Assembly (NCBI GenBank): GCA_016182485.1
Contig: JACPGH010000005.1
Span: forward strand, 64,305-128,304
DNA length: 64,000 bases
Direction: 5' to 3'
Origin: Candidatus Kaiserbacteria bacterium
GTDB lineage: Bacteria; Patescibacteriota; Minisyncoccia; Phycocordibacterales; Phycocordibacteraceae
Part shown: piece by piece, positions 8,761 through 18,309 of the stretch
Numbering within the stretch: the stretch's first letter is position 1
Layout of the letters: each line of letters begins with the position of its first letter
Program-made: the position numbers and the translations under genes
The notes under the pieces: model-generated
The model's database searches: none
What the model was told of the DNA's origin: nothing
The model's input: the letters and a program-made list of their open reading frames with translations, nothing else

Positions 8761-10224
8761 TTAGCACACGTGGTGTTTTTCCATTATTTGGCGTACTTCC
8801 TCATTTTCGGCGGCTTCCCGCCTTTTCTTCCCCGCTTCCCCAAGCCTCTTGAGTTCATTCTCGTCCAGCATTAACAGTTCTTCGGTTCTCTTATCTAGAT
8901 AGTCATGCACGTTTCGCGCGGAATCGTCCAAGACTTCTTCGAGCAGTGCATTCAGGACATATCCTATCCTAGGCCCCGGTTTCGCGTGGAACTTCTCCAT
9001 TATCCTGGTGCCATCTGTCTTCAGCATCTTCACAGAGATAGGATCTCGAAGAGCCTGTTCCACCATAGCTTTGTACTTCCTGAATCTAAAAGGCTGTTCC
9101 TTAGGCCGTCCCGTCCCAATCCGGTCGCATATACGGAGGTTAAGCAAGTCCCAAATATTTTCCTGTCCAACATTCGTAACCATTCTGCGTACGGCCGATA
9201 ACGTTATCTGATCAGGATCAGAAAAGAACATGTGCCACCGGACAAGCTTTACTACCTTGTCTATTGTTTCGCGTGGAAAGTGCAGCTCCTCTAGAGCTTT
9301 TTTGGTTACACGTGAACCAACCACGTCGTGTCCATGAAAGGTCCAGTCTTTTTTTTCGTCGGACCATCGGCGGCTCTCGGGCTTCGCTATGTCATGGAAG
9401 AGCCCGGCAATCGTAACGTCGAAGCCGAAGCGCTTATCCGCCCCGTGCTGCATTGTACGGAGATTGTGCTCAAAGACATCGTAGCTATGCGCCTGGTTTT
9501 GCTCGACGCCAATACCTCGCACTAAATCGCCGACTATGAATTCGAGAATGCCGAGCTGGTGGGCGAGCACGAGCGCATTCATCGGCTTCTTTGACTCTAG
9601 AATACGCACAAGCTCATCTCGAATCCTCTCGCGCGAAATTTGGCTTAAATGCTGACTGTTTTGCTTAATGGCAGCGGCCGTGTCGCTCTCTATGCCGAAG
9701 TCGAGCTCAGCCACAAGCCGCACGGCCCGGAGCATTCGCAGGGCGTCCTCATCAAAGCGTTCTCCGGCGTTCCCGACGGCTCGTATTATCTTGTCCTTTA
9801 TGTCCTTTTGACCATCATACGGGTCCACTATTTGTCCTTTATCTGCATCGAGAGCGATGGCATTTATCGTAAAGTCACGCCGGGCAAGGTCTTGGAGAAG
9901 GGAAGTGCCAAATTCGACCTTGTCCGGCCGACGCTTGTCGGAATAGCCGGATTCGGTGCGGTAAGGTGTCACCTCGACTATTGCCAGCCGCTCGTCCTCT
10001 GAACCGGTCTTCACGCCCACCGTGCCGTATTCATTTTCATAAAAAGAATCAGGAAATACGGCCTGGATTTGCTCCGGGGTAGCGTTCGTGGTGAGGTCCC
10101 AGTCCTTCGGCTCGCGGCCGAGGATAAGGTCGCGGACACAGCCGCCCACCAAATACGCTTCAAATCCCTTTTCATGAAGGGAGTTCGATACCCGAGAAAT
10201 CTCTTCCGGGATAGGGAAGCGCAT
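8761..10224 (-). CDS. cca: CCA-adding tRNA nucleotidyltransferase with HD domain
   Basis: YLVGGCVRD, DWDLTT, DLARRDFTINA, EDALRMLRAVR, FHDIAKP; start trimmed to MRFPIP. Confidence 0.92.
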   Translation of the reverse strand: MRFPIPEEISRVSNSLHEKGFEAYLVGGCVRDLILGREPKDWDLTTNATPEQIQAVFPDSFYENEYGTVGVKTGSEDERLAIVEVTPYRTESGYSDKRRPDKVEFGTSLLQDLARRDFTINAIALDADKGQIVDPYDGQKDIKDKIIRAVGNAGERFDEDALRMLRAVRLVAELDFGIESDTAAAIKQNSQHLSQISRERIRDELVRILESKKPMNALVLAHQLGILEFIVGDLVRGIGVEQNQAHSYDVFEHNLRTMQHGADKRFGFDVTIAGLFHDIAKPESRRWSDEKKDWTFHGHDVVGSRVTKKALEELHFPRETIDKVVKLVRWHMFFSDPDQITLSAVRRMVTNVGQENIWDLLNLRICDRIGTGRPKEQPFRFRKYKAMVEQALRDPISVKMLKTDGTRIMEKFHAKPGPRIGYVLNALLEEVLDDSARNVHDYLDKRTEELLMLDENELKRLGEAGKKRREAAENEEVRQIMEKHHVC

Positions 10225-10334
10225 ATCCACAATGCTAGCATAGCGTGCTAACTTAGATTCGAGGAACATTGTGGTTCCTCTCTTCGTCCCGGTATCGTTC
10301 AAGCAAATACCGGAGCTCGCTCGGCGAACTCTTC

Positions 10335-10406
10335 GCCCCGGTGGTGAAATGGATATCACAGCTGACTTCGGATCAGCTATTCTGGGTTCGAATCCTGGCC
10401 GGGGCA
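10335..10406 (+). tRNA. tRNA-Arg(UCG)
   Basis: gccccgg/ccggggc acceptor, gctga-cttcgga-tcagc anticodon arm, GTTCGAATC T loop; CCA not encoded. Confidence 0.93.
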
Positions 10407-10454
10407 CATTGCGAAAGGCGGCCTCAGAGAGGCCGCCCTGTGAGATGCGCGGAA

Positions 10455-10667
10455 CTAGGCTTTGTCGCGAGGCGGTATCCAGCGCGGTAGACCTCGAGGG
10501 CCTACTGACCAGTAGCCGCCCCTCCGCTCCAACCGATCCAGGCGATCGAACTCCTCCTCTGTAGGCTTGTGCCATGGCCGCAAAGCCAATGCCCCCAAGA
10601 TTCCAAAAAGAACAGGCAGTCCGATGAGGAGAAACAAGAGCACTAGCCCACTCCAGTCCCCAAACAC
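10455..10667 (-). CDS. small membrane protein
   Basis: GGGAGGT upstream, N-terminal hydrophobic helix. Confidence 0.55.
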   Translation of the reverse strand: MFGDWSGLVLLFLLIGLPVLFGILGALALRPWHKPTEEEFDRLDRLERRGGYWSVGPRGLPRWIPPRDKA

Positions 10668-10669
10668 AG

Positions 10670-10888
10670 CTACCTCCCTTCTGGATGAATGCGTCGAACA
10701 AGGCGGCCAGTCTTGTTGATGTGCAGCTGCCGGAGCGCCTTCCCGATCTGCCGACGCTCGTGCCGGATCGCGGAGGGGAAGTCTTTGTGCTTGCCAGACT
10801 GCACCTCCTTGAGCAAATCTACGTAGCAGGCGTTGAGGAACTGCAAGAGTCCTCTTACTGCCGGTTTGTTGAATCCGCTTGGTGGCAT
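10670..10888 (-). CDS. small hypothetical protein
   Basis: GAGGAGGG upstream; adjacent to the next small ORF. Confidence 0.55.
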   Translation of the reverse strand: MPPSGFNKPAVRGLLQFLNACYVDLLKEVQSGKHKDFPSAIRHERRQIGKALRQLHINKTGRLVRRIHPEGR

Positions 10889-11012
10889 TTCGCCCTCCTC
10901 TCGTGTACTTGCCCCAAATTGGAATATAAAAACTGTAAATAATTTAGCAAGGAAGCGGGCATATTTCTATGGAAATTGTACTTTTCGTTCAAAATCCATT
11001 ATTCTATCTGCA

Positions 11013-11858
11013 ATGCTTTACAGCAAGGACATCGAACTAGAGGATAAAGTCATCGAATCGCTGGCCGCCGGCAGCATGAGCATCAATGCTATCCACTCGC
11101 GTCTCGGGAAAGATACAAAGGTCTCCCTGCGCGCGGTGTATAAGGCGATAGACAAGCTCCGCAAAGCCGGTGTCCTCTTGAAAGCGGGGAAGCGAGTACT
11201 GATTGATCAAGAGTGGGCCAAGCGAGTCGAGGAGAAATTCAACGCCATCGTCCCCGCTTTTCTCTTGCAGAAGGGCGAGCGCGCAGTCTACTCGTTCACC
11301 TCGATAGAGAACTTGGACGCTTTCTGGAAAACCATCGTCTTGCCGCTCGAGCGTTCCGTTCCGAACGGAGAGATCTTTTTCTATAATCCGCACAATTTCT
11401 GGGCGTACATGCCCGCCCGGAAGGAAAGTGAAGATGCGTATTATCGGCACTTTGCCGAAACTAACCGATTCGGCTTCTTCACGGTCGGCGGAGATACTGC
11501 GGCAGATATTGAATTCAAGCGGGCGTATCAAAACGACCGCCTTCAAATTGACTTGCAGCCCATCGCCGCGCTCGGCCGACGAGACCACATTACCGTAGTC
11601 GGACCCTTCATCATCACCGTTCGGCTTGCTAAAGGCATTGCTGAGCGTATCGACGAACTGTATGCGTCTGGGGAAGGGATCGAGTATCTCCTCCTCGCAA
11701 TTTCTCAGACCTGCGAACGCCCGGGGAAGGTCCGATTTGTCCTTGAGAATAACCCCGCTAGAGCTTCAGAACTACGCCGGCTACTGGCTAAAAATTTCTA
11801 CTTCACCTCCTCTGAGTACGGGCATGGAGGCTCCATACCTGCACCTCGTTCGGCATAA
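11013..11858 (+). CDS. winged-helix protein (divergent TrmB-like regulator)
   Basis: VSLRAVYKAIDKLRKAGVL helix motif; start trimmed to MLYSKD. Confidence 0.7.
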   Translation: MLYSKDIELEDKVIESLAAGSMSINAIHSRLGKDTKVSLRAVYKAIDKLRKAGVLLKAGKRVLIDQEWAKRVEEKFNAIVPAFLLQKGERAVYSFTSIENLDAFWKTIVLPLERSVPNGEIFFYNPHNFWAYMPARKESEDAYYRHFAETNRFGFFTVGGDTAADIEFKRAYQNDRLQIDLQPIAALGRRDHITVVGPFIITVRLAKGIAERIDELYASGEGIEYLLLAISQTCERPGKVRFVLENNPARASELRRLLAKNFYFTSSEYGHGGSIPAPRSA

Positions 11859-11895
11859 TAGAATCAAACTAGTTCGTTTCTCTTAGGTCACTCGG

Positions 11896-11966
11896 TGCGG
11901 GTAGCCGGGATCGAACCGGCGCTAGCTGATTGGCAACCAGCTGTTCTACCACTAAACCATACCCGC
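11896..11966 (-). tRNA. tRNA-Gly(GCC)
   Basis: reverse complement gcgggta...gctgg-ttgccaa-tcagc...GGTTCGATCC...tacccgca. Confidence 0.93.
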
Positions 11967-12150
11967 GAACACTGTTTATCTTCTCATATTCCTGCAATCT
12001 ATTCAATTCAGAGGCAAACTGGGGCTTGCCAAACTGAAATGTCGTTGGGGAAAACTCAGTGGATATGTGGATAAAAGACACTTGGGGATTTATGAAGAAT
12101 TCTTAATAGTCCGTGAAATACTACGTATATGAGCCATATTTTTAAAGGCC

Positions 12151-12546
12151 GTGGACTTAAGTGACAAAACGCGGAAAGAGATAGGCGCTTTGGGGGAAAA
12201 TGTAGCCGCGGAGTACCTGCGCCGGCGGGGTTTCTCGATCCTGGACCGAAATTTCGTGCGCAAAACCGGCGAACTCGACTTGATCGCTGCAGAGGGAGAT
12301 ACCCTGCATTTCGTAGAGGTAAAAACTGTTTGTACCGATTCCTTTCCTAAAACAGAGACGGGTGAAGATGAATATGATCCGGCAGTCAATCTACACCAAA
12401 ACAAGATCCGGCATGTTGCGCGGACAGGCGAGTGGTATGTCCTTGAGAAAAACTGGGGAGGGGAGTGGCAGGTGGACGGCTGCCTCGTGTGGCTGCGCCG
12501 CCGTGACGGCGTAGCGCGGGTTCGCTACCTGCCGCAAATTGTGTAA
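12151..12546 (+). CDS. YraN (UPF0102) family nuclease-like protein
   Basis: GALGENVAAEYL, GELDLIA, LHFVEVKT. Confidence 0.88.
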   Translation: MDLSDKTRKEIGALGENVAAEYLRRRGFSILDRNFVRKTGELDLIAAEGDTLHFVEVKTVCTDSFPKTETGEDEYDPAVNLHQNKIRHVARTGEWYVLEKNWGGEWQVDGCLVWLRRRDGVARVRYLPQIV

Positions 12547-12595
12547 AGTAAAAGCATGCGAAAGCGGGCTGTGCCCGCCGTAGCATAAGCCTCGG

Positions 12596-12666
12596 CGGGC
12601 CGGCGTATGACGGTAGTACGCATCCTTTGGGAGGATGATGACCGAGTCCGACTCTCGGCGGCCCGA
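12596..12666 (+). tRNA. tRNA-Pro(UGG), atypical
   Basis: cgggccg/cggcccg acceptor, catcc-tttggga-ggatg anticodon arm, ccgag-tccgact-ctcgg T arm. Confidence 0.85.
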
Positions 12667-12668
12667 CA

Positions 12669-13646
12669 ATGAACATAAATGATAAGATTTATGGAACGGT
12701 TGAAGTGTCCGAGCCGGTTCTGCTTGAAATTCTCAACGGACCCTCGTTAGAGCGGCTCAAAGATATCGACCAATTCGGATATTTCACACCCTATGCCCAA
12801 GAACGGCATTTCTCGCGTTTCGAACATTCGGTTGGCGTTTTCCTGCTCTTACAAAAATATGGCGCATCGCTTGAGGAGCAAGTCGCCGGGCTTATTCACG
12901 ACGTCTCACATTCAGCTTTCTCTCATTGCGTTGACTATGTTCTTGCTGCCAGCAGGGCAGAGAAGCAAGAGCATCAGGACAGCATCTTTGATACGTTCGT
13001 GCGGCGATCCGAACTGCCCGCTATCCTAGAGAAACGTGGCTTCGAGACAGGCAATGTTCTTGACGATTCTCGTCATCCGCTCAAAGAAACGCAGCTACCT
13101 GACTTATGCGCCGACAGGATTGATTACACTTTGAGAGATATCTGCTTGTCAGGCGAGCGCGAAATTGCTCTCTCATTTCTGGACAAGCTCTCAGCTGAAA
13201 ATGGGCGATGGATCTTTATGGATTATACGAGCGCAAGAGAATTTGCAGAGCGGTACGCGTATCTAAATAAGACTTACTGGGCAGGCGTAACGACCGCCGC
13301 TATGTTTTATACAGTCGGAGAATATCTTAAGCACGCGCTTTCAAAAGCGTATATTCTAGAAAACGATTTGTACACAACTGATACCCATGTGCTTGCAAAA
13401 ATAGCCAAACATCATTCGTATGATACTGAACTTATGCTCTTATACGACAAAATGAATAATCGGATACCATTTAAGAACGACCCGACTAACTACGACGCTA
13501 TCGTGAAATGCAAGTCTCGAGCCATTAATCCTCTCTGCCGGTACGAAAAATCAATCAAACGCGTCTCCGAAGTGGATCCAGCATGGCTCGATGTAATCGA
13601 GAGAGAATCGAAGCCAAAAGTGTTCTATCTAAAATTCGAACGATAG
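12669..13646 (+). CDS. HD-domain phosphohydrolase
   Basis: SRFEHSVGV, LIHDVSHSAFSH, CADRIDY. Confidence 0.88.
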   Translation: MNINDKIYGTVEVSEPVLLEILNGPSLERLKDIDQFGYFTPYAQERHFSRFEHSVGVFLLLQKYGASLEEQVAGLIHDVSHSAFSHCVDYVLAASRAEKQEHQDSIFDTFVRRSELPAILEKRGFETGNVLDDSRHPLKETQLPDLCADRIDYTLRDICLSGEREIALSFLDKLSAENGRWIFMDYTSAREFAERYAYLNKTYWAGVTTAAMFYTVGEYLKHALSKAYILENDLYTTDTHVLAKIAKHHSYDTELMLLYDKMNNRIPFKNDPTNYDAIVKCKSRAINPLCRYEKSIKRVSEVDPAWLDVIERESKPKVFYLKFER

Positions 13647-13650
13647 GCCC

Positions 13651-14805
13651 TTAAGGTAGACCCGTCGTAATTATCTTCTCGAGTTCCGGGATGCGGGAGG
13701 CGAAGGCGGCGACAGAGTCCGCTATCGGGGCGGCGAGCAGGAGATCGAGCGCCTGACCAGTCTCGCTCGCATATTGAGCGCGGACATACGTAGCGGAAAG
13801 TGCATTTAGCGAGCGGGAGCTCGTCTCACCGGTAACTGTGCTGGTGGTAATGAGGCCGACGAGCTTTCCAGAGCTGTCTGTCACCCCGCCGCCGGAGGAA
13901 CCTTCCTGCGCCGCGGCGGAACCGCCGAGCGCGAGCACGTCGGCGGTATTCGTGCCGAACGTGAACAGCTCCTTCACCGATCCATACACGACGATAGGGT
14001 AAAGCGCGGAGCGGATCTGCTCTGCGTCCAAGAATTGCGCGCCATAGGAGGCAATGGCGACTCCGACGCCTTGGACTGGCGGCGCGGCAGAGAGAGAAAT
14101 GAACGGGAATCGCGAGGGCAGCGGTTCGGAAGTCATACTCTTCGTGACTGCGAGCAGGGCGTAATCATATTGGCCGTCTCCGTCCGCTTCTGCCTCCGTT
14201 ACCACCCTGGGGTTGGTCTTAAGCCAGGCGGGCGAGACGTACACGAGGGAAGCTTGATACATATCTTTTGCCGGGTTTCCCGAGCGGATCCGACAGGACA
14301 CGCTCTGGTCGGCAAGCAGCAGATACTGGGCTATGTGCGCATTCGTCAGAATTATCCCTTTGGGATCGATGAATATGCCTCCGCCGCTCGTCGAACGGAT
14401 GCGACCGCCTGCGGGCGCATAGCACAGAATGTTGACCAGCGCGCCGCGGAGCATTTGCGCGCCCGCGTCCAGAGAGCCGGCATCCGTGGATGCCTCGATT
14501 GGCAAAGATACCGGGGCGGCAGAAACGGTCGTTTCTGCTGGGGGCGGCGCGACTTTAGCCACCGGAGGCTCTTTCTCCTCCTTTTTCTCCACAACTGTGG
14601 TGGAAGTGGCCTGAGTTGAATTGTCAGCCTCCGAAGAAAAGCCTGCGTCCGTGGCCGGCGAACCGGCGAGAGGGGCAGGGGCATAGTACTGTCGAACTGT
14701 CTCCGCCGGATTGAGGAGCTTGAAAATAGCGAGGCCGCCTACGGCAAACAGGAGAAGGGCAAATAGGTACGGCGCGTACCGGCTCCAGCGGGACATGTTC
14801 TTCAT
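13651..14805 (-). CDS. membrane-anchored trypsin-like serine protease
   Basis: ILTNAHIA (His), DYALL (Asp), EGSSGGG (Ser); N-terminal TM helix. Confidence 0.85.
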   Translation of the reverse strand: MKNMSRWSRYAPYLFALLLFAVGGLAIFKLLNPAETVRQYYAPAPLAGSPATDAGFSSEADNSTQATSTTVVEKKEEKEPPVAKVAPPPAETTVSAAPVSLPIEASTDAGSLDAGAQMLRGALVNILCYAPAGGRIRSTSGGGIFIDPKGIILTNAHIAQYLLLADQSVSCRIRSGNPAKDMYQASLVYVSPAWLKTNPRVVTEAEADGDGQYDYALLAVTKSMTSEPLPSRFPFISLSAAPPVQGVGVAIASYGAQFLDAEQIRSALYPIVVYGSVKELFTFGTNTADVLALGGSAAAQEGSSGGGVTDSSGKLVGLITTSTVTGETSSRSLNALSATYVRAQYASETGQALDLLLAAPIADSVAAFASRIPELEKIITTGLP

Positions 14806-14906
14806 ACGCTACCGCACTACTTCGCGACTTTCCAGCCGCTTCGAAGTGCGCGGCAAAAATGCTATTTTGAAAGAAGGCCCTACTTCGTAAAGCTACGAAG
14901 GGCAAT

Positions 14907-14977
14907 GCGGGATTAGTTTAGTGGCAGAACTGCAGATTTCCAATCTGCTAGCGGGAGTTCGATTCTCCCATCCCGCA
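14907..14977 (+). tRNA. tRNA-Gly(UCC)
   Basis: gcgggat/atcccgc acceptor, gcaga-tttccaa-tctgc anticodon arm, GTTCGATTC. Confidence 0.93.
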
Positions 14978-14979
14978 CA

Positions 14980-15258
14980 TTATTCCAATATCCAAAGAAC
15001 GCCGTAGACGAGCGCGGCGCAGAGCAAAGAAACAGGCAGGAGCTGATATTCGGTAGCGCGGCCGAGCAGCCACAAAGCGGAGTTCAAGACCATCCCGAAC
15101 GCGAAAACCCCGAGAGCGCTAAATAAGCGATGCGCCGCGCGACGGCGCGAAGAGAGCAAGGGCACAGCATCTGCGTTTTCCAATCCTTCGATATCCGGCA
15201 CATGAGCGACAGCGCGAGGGACTTCTAATTGCGAAAGGGCAGGGGATGCGGTCTTCAT
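14980..15258 (-). CDS. small membrane protein
   Basis: two C-terminal hydrophobic helices. Confidence 0.5.
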   Translation of the reverse strand: MKTASPALSQLEVPRAVAHVPDIEGLENADAVPLLSSRRRAAHRLFSALGVFAFGMVLNSALWLLGRATEYQLLPVSLLCAALVYGVLWILE

Positions 15259-15387
15259 AGTAATTACATTTTTTATACAGCGTACTCATTAAAATATTAA
15301 AATCAAATTAAGAAAATTCAGAATTTTGACAAGCGAATTCAGTTATGCATAATGAAAAGCGGGAAATCTTTCACGGAGGAGGTCCGC

Positions 15388-15651
15388 ATGTGGCAAGATG
15401 TGCTTCGTGCAATCGGCCGGGGACTCGCGGCGGTGGCCACGGCGCTGTTCCTGCCGCCCCTTCAGGCGACCGGCGATGCCTTGGGCGCCTTCGTCCGCCG
15501 GCTCGCGCCATTCGTGGTGCTCGGGATCATTTTCCTGATCCTATGGCACACGAACCCGCAACTGCTGAACACGCTTCTCGAGTTCGGCATTGCGGTCGCG
15601 GTGATCATCGTCGCCTTCTGGGCGATTGGCAGGGGCCACCGCCGACGATGA
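15388..15651 (+). CDS. small membrane protein
   Basis: GGAGGAGG SD before MWQD; hydrophobic helices. Confidence 0.6.
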   Translation: MWQDVLRAIGRGLAAVATALFLPPLQATGDALGAFVRRLAPFVVLGIIFLILWHTNPQLLNTLLEFGIAVAVIIVAFWAIGRGHRRR

Positions 15652-15756
15652 GCCGCAAGCGAAACGCTTGCCTCCGGAGGAAGGCGGGCGTTCGTTCCAA
15701 TCGCGGCTCTCCCGAGCCGCGATTTGCTTTATCCTGAAAAAGAGTACGCTAATCCC

Positions 15757-16959
15757 ATGGAACCCCTAGCAGCCCGGATTCGGCCGCAGACCTTGGACGA
15801 GGTCGTCGGGCAGGAACATCTTGTCGGAGAAGGGAAGCCCTTGCGGGTCGCGGTCGAGAAGAAACATTTATTTTCTTTTATTCTCTGGGGCGCGCCCGGG
15901 ACCGGGAAGACAACTATCGCGCGCATCTATGCGCGAGCGCTCGATGCCGCGCTGTATGAGCTCTCGGCGGTCTCCGCCGGCAAAGAAGACATTCGCAAAA
16001 TTGTCCAACCGAGAAGTACCTTAGCGAAGCCTATAGGCCAAACTAAGGTACTGGCGGCAGAAATGGCGCAAGAGAGACCGAAAGTCCTTTTTCTGGACGA
16101 GATACATCGCTTCAATAAAGCACAGCAGGATTTCCTCCTGCCCTATGTCGAGAGCGGGGAACTGACGCTTATCGGCGCGACGACGGAGAATCCGTCGTTC
16201 GAAGTGATCGCTCCATTACTATCGCGCTGCCGCGTCTTCGTGCTCGAGCCGCTCTCTGAAGAAGCCCTGCGCGCCATCGTGAAAAGCACCAAACTGAAAG
16301 TAGATAGAGCCGCGTTCGAGTGGCTCCTCGGATACGCGAACGGCGACGCGCGCAAGGCGCTCGGGATGCTCGAAGGCGCGACGAGCTTGTACGGGAAAGT
16401 TTCTGTTGACACCTTGAACCGCGCGCTCGAATCGCCGCACCTGCGCTACGACAAGAAAGGCGAGGAGCACTACGACACCATCAGCGCATTCATTAAAAGC
16501 ATGCGGGCAAGTCAGCCGGATGCGGCGCTCTATTATCTGGCGCGCATGGTCGAGGCAGGCGAGGACCCGCTCTTTATCGCCCGCAGAATGGTCGTGTTCG
16601 CTTCCGAGGATATCGGCCTTGCCCAGCCGACGGCGCTCGTCGTCGCGAACGAAGTCTTCCGCGCTTGCGAGACGATCGGCTACCCGGAGTGCGCCATCAA
16701 TCTAGCCCACGGCGTCGCGTATCTCGCGCAAGCCAAGAAAGACCGCTCAGCTTACGACGCCCTGCGCGCCGCCCAAGCGGATGTGCGCACCTTCGGCAAT
16801 CTCCCGGTCCCGAAAAAAATCCGCAATCCGGTCACGAAGCTCATGAAAGAGCTCGACTACGGCAAGGGCTATGAAAAATACCCCTCGAAGGGACTCGGGG
16901 CAAGTCCCGACGAATCCTATCTGCCGGACAAATTAAAGAAAAAGAAGTACTTGAAGTAG
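15757..16959 (+). CDS. rarA: replication-associated recombination protein A (RarA/MgsA)
   Basis: PLAARIRP, GAPGTGKT, LDEIHRFNKAQQD, GATTENP, ASEDIGLA. Confidence 0.95.
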   Translation: MEPLAARIRPQTLDEVVGQEHLVGEGKPLRVAVEKKHLFSFILWGAPGTGKTTIARIYARALDAALYELSAVSAGKEDIRKIVQPRSTLAKPIGQTKVLAAEMAQERPKVLFLDEIHRFNKAQQDFLLPYVESGELTLIGATTENPSFEVIAPLLSRCRVFVLEPLSEEALRAIVKSTKLKVDRAAFEWLLGYANGDARKALGMLEGATSLYGKVSVDTLNRALESPHLRYDKKGEEHYDTISAFIKSMRASQPDAALYYLARMVEAGEDPLFIARRMVVFASEDIGLAQPTALVVANEVFRACETIGYPECAINLAHGVAYLAQAKKDRSAYDALRAAQADVRTFGNLPVPKKIRNPVTKLMKELDYGKGYEKYPSKGLGASPDESYLPDKLKKKKYLK

Positions 16960-16984
16960 CGAAACTCATGTGGACTGCACAAAA

Positions 16985-17809
16985 TCAGCGTGCCGATTCT
17001 TTATTACCCTCCACCTCTGCAATAATCCCTCGTAAAATCTCGTTCGCATCTATGACGCGCGAATGATCCTGCATGAATTTGAGGAACGAGAGCAGCATCT
17101 TTTGGATTTCAGAATTGCGGATCTCAATAACCAGCTCTTCTCCGAGGGCCATCAGGTAGATGGATTGTTTAAAAATGAAGACCTGGCTGGCATGGTTAAA
17201 ATATTCGCCTTCTACCACACCCACTCTCGTCGTGCGGCCTTCGAAATCCCTCGCCCACGAGACTCCCAATTCTCTCGCCATTCTTTCAAGCTCCCCGTCT
17301 TGGAATATTGACTCGGCAATGATGTTGTTTTTCTTCAGCGCACGATTGAAACGGTTCGTCTCCTGAAGAGAGAACGTTTTATTCCAATTTACAGCCGCAC
17401 TATCGCCAACGAGAGAATAGAATCTCTCATTCTTGTGCGCAAAGAGCAGTTCGCCCAGCACCTTTCGAATCGAGTCCTGGCCGCGATGAATGATGACCGT
17501 GGCATCCGAAAGGCCGTGCACCTCCTCAGTCCCTTCCGGAATCTTTAGAAGCGTCCGCTTAGCCGCATACAGCACCCCCTCGATATCTCGCTCGGGGGCG
17601 AGCCGCCACATTTTCTTGCCGCTCGTAATATGAGACTCAGCCAAACCGCGCTTTTTCAGATTGTAGAGAATCGCGTAGGCCGCCGTGCGAGACACTCTCG
17701 TTGCACGCGCCAATAAAAGAGGCGTATCAACACCACTCTGGAGGGCAGTGAGTATCTTTTCTTCTTTCTTTGAGAGTCCAAGTAGCTTGAGGGTTTCAGA
17801 AGCGGGCAT
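16985..17809 (-). CDS. TrmB-family transcriptional regulator
   Basis: LGLSKKEEKILTAL...TRVSRTAAYAILYNLKKRGL; divergent from the peptide genes. Confidence 0.82.
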   Translation of the reverse strand: MPASETLKLLGLSKKEEKILTALQSGVDTPLLLARATRVSRTAAYAILYNLKKRGLAESHITSGKKMWRLAPERDIEGVLYAAKRTLLKIPEGTEEVHGLSDATVIIHRGQDSIRKVLGELLFAHKNERFYSLVGDSAAVNWNKTFSLQETNRFNRALKKNNIIAESIFQDGELERMARELGVSWARDFEGRTTRVGVVEGEYFNHASQVFIFKQSIYLMALGEELVIEIRNSEIQKMLLSFLKFMQDHSRVIDANEILRGIIAEVEGNKESAR

Positions 17810-17912
17810 ACCGGAAGGGTAGCAAATGGGGCAATTCTGTCAAGTTATTTAGACACATATATACTCTGAAATTGCTATTTAGAATAAGACTTTTCTATCA
17901 GTAATCACTCTA

Positions 17913-17936
17913 TGACAGGATTATTTTTTACTGTCA
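17913..17936. promoter_or_regulatory. candidate operator TGACA-N14-TGTCA
   Basis: same half-sites and spacing as 21042-21065, also upstream of a TrmB-like gene. Confidence 0.45.
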
Positions 17937-17991
17937 ACTGCAAGACGAATACACTTAATTCAGACCGATCCTTGAAAGGAGGTGAACGCCC

Positions 17992-18063
17992 ATGCCGACG
18001 GCCAACTCGGGTTCCGCCGGGAAGAGCCGCAAGGCTCTGCCGGCCAAGCGCCCCTCCAAGTAG
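17992..18063 (+). CDS. 23-aa peptide MPTANSGSAGKSRKALPAKRPSK, putative RiPP precursor 1
   Basis: AGGAGGTG at 17977-17984, ATG 17992, TAG 18061-18063; paralog 175 bp downstream. Confidence 0.85.
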   Translation: MPTANSGSAGKSRKALPAKRPSK

Positions 18064-18166
18064 GGCGCGGGGAACCTGTCAGCTCCGGGCTGACCGAGTG
18101 CGCGCGCCACTTGGGAACAGAAGTGCGCGCAGCATTCAAAACACCAAGAGAAAGGAGGTGATGTCC

Positions 18167-18238
18167 ATGGCCACAGCCAACGCCGGTTCCGCTGGCAAGA
18201 GCCGCAAGGCTCTGCCGGCAAGACGCCCCTCCAAGTAG
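18167..18238 (+). CDS. 23-aa peptide MATANAGSAGKSRKALPARRPSK, putative RiPP precursor 2
   Basis: AGGAGGTG at 18153-18160, ATG 18167; 20/23 identical to copy 1 with synonymous third-position changes. Confidence 0.85.
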   Translation: MATANAGSAGKSRKALPARRPSK

Positions 18239-18248
18239 GAGACGGGCG

Positions 18249-18278
18249 GAAGCGGGGACTTGTCCCCGCTTCTTTGTT
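18249..18278 (+). terminator. intrinsic terminator/attenuator after the peptide genes
   Basis: gaagcgggga-cttg-tccccgcttc followed by tttgtt. Confidence 0.75.
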
Positions 18279-18309
18279 ATCAACCCAGACTGCTACTATG
18301 GAGAGGACA

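Noticed and set aside
10225-10701. Long N-terminal extension of the CCA enzyme in the ORF track
   Set aside because: Reads antisense through tRNA-Arg and overlaps a small ORF; family similarity begins at MRFPIP
12059-12075. Isolated DnaA-box-like motifs (also near 8223, 21741, 40581)
   Set aside because: Scattered single or paired matches; not enough to call an origin or regulation
17992-18238. Resemblance of GKSRKALPAK to histone H3 tail (GKAPRKQLATK)
   Set aside because: Short, low-complexity basic sequence; similarity can arise by composition and nothing else supports mimicry
17974-18238. Duplicated segment as CRISPR or DGR template/variable repeat
   Set aside because: Only two copies, several differences are synonymous rather than adenine-specific, and no cas or reverse transcriptase gene is in the window
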